A stretch of 64,000 nt of DNA from Auanema rhodensis (lineage: Eukaryota > Animalia > Nematoda): positions 17,236,001 through 17,300,000 of the forward strand of contig OZ059898.1 in the NCBI GenBank assembly GCA_964057225.1. Direction: 5' to 3'. The notes below the pieces were generated by a model. It was not told the DNA's origin. It ran no database searches and saw only the letters and a program-made list of their open reading frames with translations. A program made the translations under genes and the position numbers. This document shows positions 53,701 through 64,000 of this stretch, in pieces (position 1 is the first letter of the stretch; the number at the start of each line of letters is the position of its first letter).

Positions 53701-56700
53701 AATGCACCGAGATATCAACTGATATAAGTTCACACTTATATCCTCGATTTTCACCCTGAAGATTTAAATTTTTCCTTGAATAACATTGTCCATCGTCTTT
53801 GCCTTGAAAAAAGGAATCTAAAAACATTTACTTTTTGCTAAATTATTTTGAAATTTTTCGAAAAAATTTTTGTCAAAATGTTTTTGGAAGCAATGTTGAG
53901 TGTACATGGAAACTCAACATACACTAATGCATCATTTTTCAAACGATCATAACTAATTTTTGTATTAAGCGTTTCTCAATGTAGTATAGTGCATTCGATG
54001 CGGATTTTTAAGCTGCGTCGATCTGTATTATCAGATTTGCGCTAGCTTAAAAATGCACCGAGACATCAACTGATATAAGTTCACACTTATATCCTCGATT
54101 TTCACCCTGAAGAATTAATTTTTTCGTTGAATAACATTGTCCATCGTCTTTGCCTTGAAAAAAGGAATCTAAAAACATCTAATTTTTGCTAAATTATTCT
54201 GAAATTTTTCGAAAAAATTTTTGTCAAAATGTTTTTGGAAGCAATGTTGAGTGTACATGGAAACTCAACATACACTAATGCACCATTTTTCAAACGATCA
54301 TAACTAATTTTTGTATTAAGCGTTTCTCAATGTAGTATAGTGCATTCGATGCGGATTTTTAAGCTGCGTCGATCTGTGTTATCAGATTTGCGCTAGCTTA
54401 AAAATGCACCGAGATATCAACTGATATAAGTTCACACTTATATCCTCGATTTTCACCCTGAAGAATTAATTTTTTCGTTGAATAACATTGTCCATCGTCT
54501 TTGCCTTGAAAAAAGGAATCTAAAAACATCTACTTTTTGCTGAATTATTTTGAAATTTTTCGAAAAAATTTTTGTCAAAATGTTTTTGGAAGCAATGTTG
54601 AGTGTACATGGAAACTCAACATACACTAATGCATTATTTTTCAAACGATCATAACTAATTTTTGAATTAAGCGTTTCTCAATGTAGTATAGTGCATTCGA
54701 TGCGGATTTTTAAGCTGCGTCGATCTGTGTTATCAGATTTGCGCTAGCTTAAAAATGCACCGAGATATCAACTGATATAAGTTCACACTTATATTCTCGA
54801 TTTTCACCCTGAAGAATTAATTTTTTCGTTGAATAACATTGTCCATCGTCTTTGCCTTGAAAAAAGGAATCTAAAAACATTTACTTTTTGCTAAATTATT
54901 CTGAAATTTTTCGAAAAAATTTTTGTCAAAATGTTTTTGGAAGCAATGTTGAGTGTACATGGAAACTCAACATACACTAATGCATCATTTTTCAAACGAT
55001 CATAACTAATTTTTGTATTAAGCGTTTCTCAATGTAGTATAGTGCATTCGATGCGGATTTTTCAGCTGCGTCGATCTGTGTTATCAGATTTGCGCTAGCT
55101 TAAAAATGCACCGAGACATCAACTGATATAAGTTCACACTTATATCCTCGATTTTCACCCTGAAGAAATAATTTTTTCGTTGAATAACATTGTCCATCGT
55201 GTTTGCCTTGAAAAAAGGAATCTAAAAACATCTACTTTTTGCTAAATTATTTTGAAATTTTTCGAAAAAATTTTTGTCAAAATGTTTTTGGAAGCAATGT
55301 TGAGTGTACATGGAAACTCAACATACACTAATGCATTATTTTTCAAACGATCATAACTAATTTTTGAATTAAGCGTTTCTCAATGTAGTATAGTGCATTC
55401 GATGCGGATTTTTAAGCTGCGTCGATCTGTGTTATCAGATTTGCGCTAGCTTAAAAATGCACCGAGATATCAACTGATATAAGTTCACACTTATATTCTC
55501 GATTTTCACCCTGAAGAATTAATTTTTTCGTTGAATAACATTGTCCATCGTCTTTGCCTTGAAAAAAGGAATCTAAAAACATTTACTTTTTGCTAAATTA
55601 TTCTGAAATTTTTCGAAAAAATTTTTGTCAAAATGTTTTTGGAAGCAATGTTGAGTGTACATGGAAACTCAACATACACTAATGCATCATTTTTCAAACG
55701 ATCATAACTAATTTTTGTATTAAGCGTTTCTCAATGTAGTATAGTGCATTCGATGCGGATTTTTAAGCTGCGTCGATCTGTGTTATCAGATTTGCGCTAG
55801 CTTAAAAATGCACCGAGATATCAACTGATATAAGTTCACACTTATATCCTCGATTTTCACCCTGAAGAATTAATTTTTTCGTTGAATAACATTGTCCATC
55901 GTCTTTGCCTTGAAAAAAGGAATCTAAAAACATCTACTTTTTGCTGAATTATTTTGAAATTTTTCGAAAAAATTTTTGTCAAAATGTTTTTGGAAGCAAT
56001 GTTGAGTGTACATGGAAACTCAACATACACTAATGCATTATTTTTCAAACGATCATAACTAATTTTTGAATTAAGCGTTTCTCAATGTAGTATAGTGCAT
56101 TCGATGCGGATTTTTAAGCTGCGTCGATCTGTGTTATCAGATTTGCGCTAGCTTAAAAATGCACCGAGATATCAACTGATATAAGTTCACACTTATATTC
56201 TCGATTTTCACCCTGAAGAATTAATTTTTTCGTTGAATAACATTGTCCATCGTCTTTGCCTTGAAAAAAGGAATCTAAAAACATTTACTTTCTGCTAAAT
56301 TATTCTGAAATTTTTCGAAAAAATTTTTGTCAAAATGTTTTTGGAAGCAATGTTGAGTGTACATGGAAACTCAACATACACTAATGCATCATTTTTCAAA
56401 CGATCATAACTAATTTTTGTATTAAGCGTTTCTCAATGTAGTATAGTGCATTCGATGCGGATTTTTCAGCTGCGTCGATCTGTGTTATCAGATTTGCGCT
56501 AGCTTAAAAATGCACCGAGACATCAACTGATATAAGTTCACACTTATATCCTCGATTTTCACCCTGAAGAAATAATTTTTTCGTTGAATAACATTGTCCA
56601 TCGTGTTTGCCTTGAAAAAAGGAATCTAAAAACATCTACTTTTTGCTAAATTATTTTGAAATTTTTCGAAAAAATTTTTGTCAAAATGTTTTTGGAAGCA

Positions 56701-57220
56701 ATGTTGAGTGTACATGGAAACTCAACATACACTAATGCATTATTTTTCAAACGATCATAACTAATTTTTGAATTAAGCGTTTCTCAATGTAGTATAGTGC
56801 ATTCGATGCGGATTTTTAAGCTGCGTCGATCTGTGTTATCAGATTTGCGCTAGCTTAAAAATGCACCGAGATATCAACTGATATAAGTTCACACTTATAT
56901 TCTCGATTTTCACCCTGAAGAATTAATTTTTTCGTTGAATAACATTGTCCATCGTCTTTGCCTTGAAAAAAGGAATCTAAAAACATTTACTTTTTGCTAA
57001 ATTATTCTGAAATTTTTCGAAAAAATTTTTGTCAAAATGTTTTTGGAAGCAATGTTGAGTGTACATGGAAACTCAACATACACTAATGCATCATTTTTCA
57101 AACGATCATAACTAATTTTTGTATTAAGCGTTTCTCAATGTAGTATAGTGCATTCGATGCGGATTTTTAAGCTGCGTCGATCTGTGTTATCAGATTTGCG
57201 CTAGCTTAAAAATGCACCGA
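47742..57220. repeat. 12-monomer duplication (4213 bp) followed by a 4-monomer duplication (1404 bp)
   Basis: T266G at 48358/52571, 48710/52923 and 49061/53274; T7 tracts near 48505 and 52718; ORFs at 50240, 54453 and 55857; A300C at 50850, 55063 and 56467. Confidence 0.88.
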
Positions 57221-60200
57221 GACATCAACTGATATAAGTTCACACTTATATCCTCGATTTTCACCCTGAAGAAATAATTTTTTCGTTGAATAACATTGTC
57301 CATCGTGTTTGCCTTGAAAAAAGGAATCTAAAAACATCTACTTTTTGCTAAATTATTTTGAAATTTTTCGAAAAAATTTTTGTCAAAATGTTTTTGGAAG
57401 CAATGTTGAGTGTACATGGAAACTCAACATACACTAATGCATCATTTTTCAAACGATCATAACTAATTTTTGTATTAAGCGTTTCTCAATGTAGTATAGT
57501 GCATTCGATGCGGATTTTTAAGCTGCGTCGATCTGTGTTATCAGATTTGCGCTAGCTTAAAAATGCACCGAGACATCAACTGATATAAGTTCACACTTAT
57601 ATCCTCGATTTTCACCCTGAAGAAATAATTTTTTCGTTGAATAACATTGTCCATCGTCTTTGCCTTGAAAAAAGGAATCTAAAAACATCTACTTTTTGCT
57701 AAATTATTTTGAAATTTTTCGAAAAAATTTTTGTCAAAATGTTTTTGGAAGCAATGTTGAGTGTACATGGAAACTCAACATACACTAATGCATCATTTTT
57801 CAAACGATCATAACTAATTTTTGTATTAAGCGTTTCTCAATGTAGTATAGTGCATTCGATGCGGATTTTTAAGCTGCGTCGATCTGTGTTATCAGATTTG
57901 CGCTAGCTTAAAAATGCACCGAGACATCAACTGATATAAGTTCACACTTATATCCTCGATTTTCACCCTGAAGAAATAATTTTTTCGTTGAATAACATTG
58001 TCCATCGTCTTTGCCTTGAAATAAGGAATCTAAAAACATCTACTTTTTGCTAAATTATTTTGAAATTTTTCGAAAAAATTTTTGTCAAAATGTTTTTGGA
58101 AGCAATGTTGAGTGTACATGGAAACTCAACATACACTAATGCATCATTTTTCAAACGATCATAACTAATTTTTGTATTAAGCGTTTCTCAATGTAGTATA
58201 GTGCATTCGATGCGGATTTTTAAGCTGCGTCGATCTGTGTTATCAGATTTGCGCTAGCTTAAAAATGCACCGAGACATCAACTGATATAAGTTCACACTT
58301 ATATCCTCGATTTTCACCCTGAAGAAATAATTTTTTCGTTGAATAACATTGTCCATCGTCTTTGCCTTGAAAAAAGGAATCTAAAAACATCTACTTTTTG
58401 CTAAATTATTTTGAAATTTTTCGAAAAAATTTTTGTCAAAATGTTTTTGGAAGCAATGTTGAGTGTACATGGAAACTCAACATACACTAATGCATCATTT
58501 TTCAAACGATCATAACTAATTTTTGTATTAAGCGTTTCTCAATGTAGTGTAGTGCATTCGATGCGGATTTTTAAGCTGCGTCGATCTGTGTTATCAGATT
58601 TGCGCTAGCTTAAAAATGCACCGAGACATCAACTGATATAAGTTCACACTTATATCCTCGATTTTCACCCTGAAGAAATAATTTTTTCGTTGAATAACAT
58701 TGTCCATCGTCTTTGCCTTGAAAAAAGGAATCTAAAAACATCTACTTTTTGCTAAATTATTTTGAAATTTTTCGAAAAAATTTTTGTCAAAATGTTTTTG
58801 GAAGCAATGTTGAGTGTACATGGAAACTCAACATACACTAATGCATCATTTTTCAAACGATCATAACTAATTTTTGTATTAAGCGTTTCTCAATGTAGTG
58901 TAGTGCATTCGATGCGGATTTTTAAGCTGCGTCGATCTGTGTTATCAGATTTGCGCTAGCTTAAAAATGCACCGAGACATCAACTGATATAAGTTCACAC
59001 TTATATCCTCGATTTTCACCCTGAAGAAATAATTTTTTCGTTGAATAACATTGTCCATCGTCTTTGCCTTGAAAAAAGGAATCTAAAAACATCTACTTTT
59101 TGCTAAATTATTTTGAAATTTTTCGAAAAAATTTTTGTCAAAATGTTTTTGGAAGCAATGTTGAGTGTACATGGAAACTCAACATACACTAATGCATCAT
59201 TTTTCAAACGATCATAACTAATTTTTGTATTAAGCGTTTCTCAATGTAGTATAGTGCATTCGATGCGGATTTTTAAGCTGCGTCGATCTGTGTTATCAGA
59301 TTTGCGCTAGCTTAAAAATGCACCGAGACATCAACTGATATAAGTTCACACTTATATCCTCGATTTTCACCCTGAAGAAATTATTTTTTCGTTGAATAAC
59401 ATTGTCCATCGTCTTTGCCTTGAAAAAAGGAATCTAAAAACATCTACTTTTTGCTAAATTATTTTGAAATTTTTCGAAAAAATTTTTGTCAAAATGTTTT
59501 TGGAAGCAATGTTGAGTGTACATGGAAACTCAACATACACTAATGCATCATTTTTCAAACGATCATAACTAATTTTTGTATTAAGCGTTTCTCAATGTAG
59601 TATAGTGCATTCGATGCGGATTTTTAAGCTGCGTCGATCTGTGTTATCAGATTTGCGCTAGCTTAAAAATGCACCGAGACATCAACTGATATAAGTTCAC
59701 ACTTATATCCTCGATTTTCACCCTGAAGAAATAATTTTTTCGTTGAATAACATTGTCCATCGTCTTTGCCTTGAAAAAAGGAATCTAAAAACATCTACTT
59801 TTTGCTAAATTATTTTGAAATTTTTCGAAAAAATTTTTGTCAAAATGTTTTTGGAAGCAATGTTGAGTGTACATGGAAACTCAACATACACTAATGCATC
59901 ATTTTTCAAACGATCATAACTAATTTTTGTATTAAGCGTTTCTCAATGTAGTATAGTGCATTCGATGCGGATTTTTAAGCTGCGTCGATCTGTGTTATCA
60001 GATTTGCGCTAGCTTAAAAATGCACCGAGACATCAACTGATATAAGTTCACACTTATATCCTCGATTTTCACCCTGAAGAAATAATTTTTTCGTTGAATA
60101 ACATTGTCCATCGTCTTTGCCTTGAAAAAAGGAATCTAAAAACATCTACTTTTTGCTAAATTATTCTGAAATTTTTCGAAAAAATTTTTGTCAAAATGTT

Positions 60201-63200
60201 TTTGGAAGCAATGTTGAGTGTACATGGAAACTCAACATACACTAATGCATCATTTTTCAAACGATCATAACTAATTTTTGTATTAAGCGTTTCTCAATGT
60301 AGTGTAGTGCATTCGATGCGGATTTTTAAGCTGCGTCGATCTGTGTTATCAGATTTGCGCTAGCTTAAAAATGCACCGAGACATCAACTGATATAAGTTC
60401 ACACTTATATCCTCGATTTTCACCCTGAAGAAATAATTTTTTCGTTGAATAACATTGTCCATCGTCTTTGCCTTGAAAAAAGAAATCTAAAAACATCTAC
60501 TTTTTGCTAAATTATTTTGAAATTTTTCGAAAAAATTTTTGTCAAAATGTTTTTGGAAGCAATGTTGAGTGTACATGGAAACTCAACATACACTAATGCA
60601 TTATTTTTCAAACGATCATAACTAATTTTTGAATTATGCGTTTCTCAATGTAGTATAGTGCATTCGATGCGGATTTTTAAGCTGCGTCGATCTGTGTTAT
60701 CAGATTTGCGCTAGCTTAAAAATGCACCGAGATATCAACTGATATAAGTTCACACTTATATTCTCGATTTTCACCCTGAAGAATTAATTTTTTCGTTGAA
60801 TAACATTGTCCATCGTCTTTGCCTTGAAAAAAGGAATCTAAAAACATTTACTTTTTGCTAAATTATTCTGAAATTTTTCGAAAAAATTTTTGTCAAAATG
60901 TTTTTGGAAGCAATGTTGAGTGTACATGGAAACTCAACATACACTAATGCATCATTTTTCAAACGATCATAACTAATTTTTGTATTAAGCGTTTCTCAAT
61001 GTAGTATAGTGCATTCGATGCGGATTTTTAAGCTGCGTCGATCTGTGTTATCAGATTTGCGCTAGCTTAAAAATGCACCGAGACATCAACTGATATAAGT
61101 TCACACTTATATCCTCGATTTTCACCCTGAAGAAATAATTTTTTCGTTGAATAACATTGTCCATCGTGTTTGCCTTGAAAAAAGGAATCTAAAAACATCT
61201 ACTTTTTGCTAAATTATTTTGAAATTTTTCGAAAAAATTTTTGTCAAAATGTTTTTGGAAGCAATGTTGAGTGTACATGGAAACTCAACATACACTAATG
61301 CATCATTTTTCAAACGATCATAACTAATTTTTGTATTAAGCGTTTCTCAATGTAGTATAGTGCATTCGATGCGGATTTTTAAGCTGCGTCGATCTGTGTT
61401 ATCAGATTTGCGCTAGCTTAAAAATGCACCGAGACATCAACTGATATAAGTTCACACTTATATCCTCGATTTTCACCCTGAAGAAATAATTTTTTCGTTG
61501 AATAACATTGTCCATCGTCTTTGCCTTGAAAAAAGAAATCTAAAAACATCTACTTTTTGCTAAATTATTTTGAAATTTTTCGAAAAAATTTTTGTCAAAA
61601 TGTTTTTGGAAGCAATGTTGAGTGTACATGGAAACTCAACATACACTAATGCATTATTTTTCAAACGATCATAACTAATTTTTGAATTATGCGTTTCTCA
61701 ATGTAGTATAGTGCATTCGATGCGGATTTTTAAGCTGCGTCGATCTGTGTTATCAGATTTGCGCTAGCTTAAAAATGCACCGAGATATCAACTGATATAA
61801 GTTCACACTTATATTCTCGATTTTCACCCTGAAGAAATAATTTTTTCGTTGAATAACATTGTCCATCGTTTTTGCCTTGAAAAAAGGAATCTAAAAACAT
61901 CTACTTTTTGCTAAATTATTCTGAACTTTTTCGAAAAAATTTTTGTCAAAATGTTTTTGGAAGCAATGTTGAGTGTACATGGAAACTCAACATACACTAA
62001 TGCATCATTTTTCAAACGATCATAACTAATTTTTGTATTAAGCGTTTCTCAATGTAGTATAGTGCATTCGATGCGGATTTGTAAGCTGCGTCGATCTGTG
62101 TTATCAGATTTGCGCTAGCTTAAAAATGCACCGAGACATCAACTGATATAAGTTCACACTTATATCCTCGATTTTCACCCTGAAGAAATAATTTTTTCGT
62201 TGAATAACATTGTCCATCGTGTTTGCCTTGAAAAAAGGAATCTAAAAACATCTACTTTTTGCTAAATTATTTTGAAATTTTTCGAAAAAATTTTTGTCAA
62301 AATGTTTTTGGAAGCAATGTTGAGTGTACATGGAAACTCAACATACACTAATGCATCATTTTTCAAACGATCATAACTAATTTTTGTATTAAGCGTTTCT
62401 CAATGTAGTATAGTGCATTCGATGCGGATTTTTAAGCTGCGTCGATCTCTGTTATCAGATTTGCGCTAGCTTAAAAATGCACCGAGACATCAACTGATAT
62501 AAGTTCACACTTATATCCTCGATTTTCACCCTGAAGAAATAATTTTTTCGTTGAATAACATTGTCCATCGTCTTTGCCTTGAAAAAAGGAATCTAAAAAC
62601 ATCTACTTTTTGCTAAATTATTTTGAAATTTTTCGAAAAAATTTTTGTCAAAATGTTTTTGGAAGCAATGTTGAGTGTACATGGAAACTCAACATACACT
62701 AATGCATCATTTTTCAAACGATCATAACTAATTTTTGTATTAAGCGTTTCTCAATGTAGTATAGTGCATTCGATGCGGATTTTTAAGCTGCGTCGATCTG
62801 TGTTATCAGATTTGCGCTAACTTAAAAATGCACCGAGACATCAACTGATATAAGTTCACACTTATATCCTCGATTTTCACCCTGAAGAAATAATGTTTTC
62901 GTTGAATAACATTGTCCATCGTCTTTGCCTTGAAAAAAGGAATCTAAAAACATCTACTTTTTGCTAAATTATTTTGAAATTTTTCGAAAAAATTTTTGTC
63001 AAAATGTTTTTGGAAGCAATGTTGAGTGTACATGGAAACTCAACATACACTAATGCATCATTTTTCAAACGATCATAACTAATTTTTGTATTTAGCGTTT
63101 CTCAATGTAGTATAGTGCATTCGATGCGGATTTTTAAGCTGCGTCGATCTGTGTTATCAGATTTGCGCTAGCTTAAAAATGCACCGAGACATCAACTGAT

Positions 63201-64000
63201 ATAAGTTCACACTTATATCCTCGATTTTCACCCTGAAGAAATAATTTTTTCGTTGAATAACATTGTCCATCGTCTTTGCCTTGAAAAAAGAAATCTAAAA
63301 ACATCTACTTTTTGCTAAATTATTTTGAAATTTTTCGAAAAAATTTTTGTCAAAATGTTTTTGGAAGCAATGTTGAGTGTACATGGAAACTCAACATACA
63401 CTAATGCATTATTTTTCAAACGATCATAACTAATTTTTGAACTGAGCGTTTCTCAATGTAGTATAGTGCATTCGATGCGGATTTTTAAGCTGCGTCGATC
63501 TGTGTTATCAGATTTGCGCTAGCTTAAAAATGCACCGAGATATCAACTGATATAAGTTCACACTTATATTCTCGATTTTCACCCTGAAGAATTAATTTTT
63601 TCGTTGAATAACATTGTCCATCGTCTTTGCCTTGAAAAAAGGAATCTAAAAACATTTACTTTTTGCTAAATTATTCTGAAATTTTTCGAAAAAATTTTTG
63701 TCAAAATGTTTTTGGAAGCAATGTTGAGTGTACATGGAAACTCAACATACACTAATGCATCATTTTTCAAACGATCATAACTAATTTTTGTATTAAGCGT
63801 TTCTCAATGTAGTATAGTGCATTCGATGCGGATTTTTAAGCTGCGTCGATCTGTGTTATCAGATTTGCGCTAGCTTAAAAATGCACCGAGACATCAACTG
63901 ATATAAGTTCACACTTATATCCTCGATTTTCACCCTGAAGAAATAATTTTTTCGTTGAATAACATTGTCCATCGTCTTTGCCTTGAAAAAAGGAATCTAA

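Larger units (their letters stand above)
1..64000. repeat. Tandem satellite DNA array, 351-bp monomer, ~182.3 head-to-tail copies, running off both window ends
   Basis: The start motif GA(T/C)ATCAACTGATATAAG recurs at 1, 352, 703 and at 7021, 14041, 21061, 28081, 35101 (multiples of 351, plus 1). After 37.2 kb the phase shifts by a cumulative +7 bp, and the last monomer starts at 63890. No unique sequence or inversion seen. Confidence 0.99.

Noticed and set aside
1-64000. CRISPR array or integron cassette array
   Set aside because: There are no unique spacers or cassettes; the entire 351 bp is repeated.
1-64000. A single fixed higher-order period or coded pattern across the window
   Set aside because: Periods differ by region and each is repeated only 2-3 times, as expected from stochastic unequal exchange.

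Overview
The whole window is one uninterrupted head-to-tail tandem array of a 351-bp AT-rich monomer (about 32% GC by hand count): 182 complete copies plus a 111-bp partial copy, all in the same orientation, most differing from consensus at 0-6 positions. It looks like eukaryotic (peri)centromeric or heterochromatic satellite DNA; I cannot name the family or organism. I see no genes, RNA genes, CRISPR spacers or transposon insertions. The eleven 63-aa ORFs come from a single SNP (monomer position A130G) that removes a minus-strand stop. The informative structure is elsewhere. (i) The monomer is packed with dyad symmetries, including a ~51-nt imperfect hairpin. (ii) Diagnostic SNPs reveal local multi-monomer duplications with 3-, 4-, 7-, 9-, 12-, 19- and 20-monomer periods over an older conserved order of monomer types. 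(iii) Many recurrent variants, including a TT>AG double substitution, perfect a local palindrome, which suggests template-switch mutagenesis. (iv) The only length variation is in one T-tract. Monomer positions are numbered as in window bases 1-351; Mn is the nth monomer. All variant calls were made by eye.
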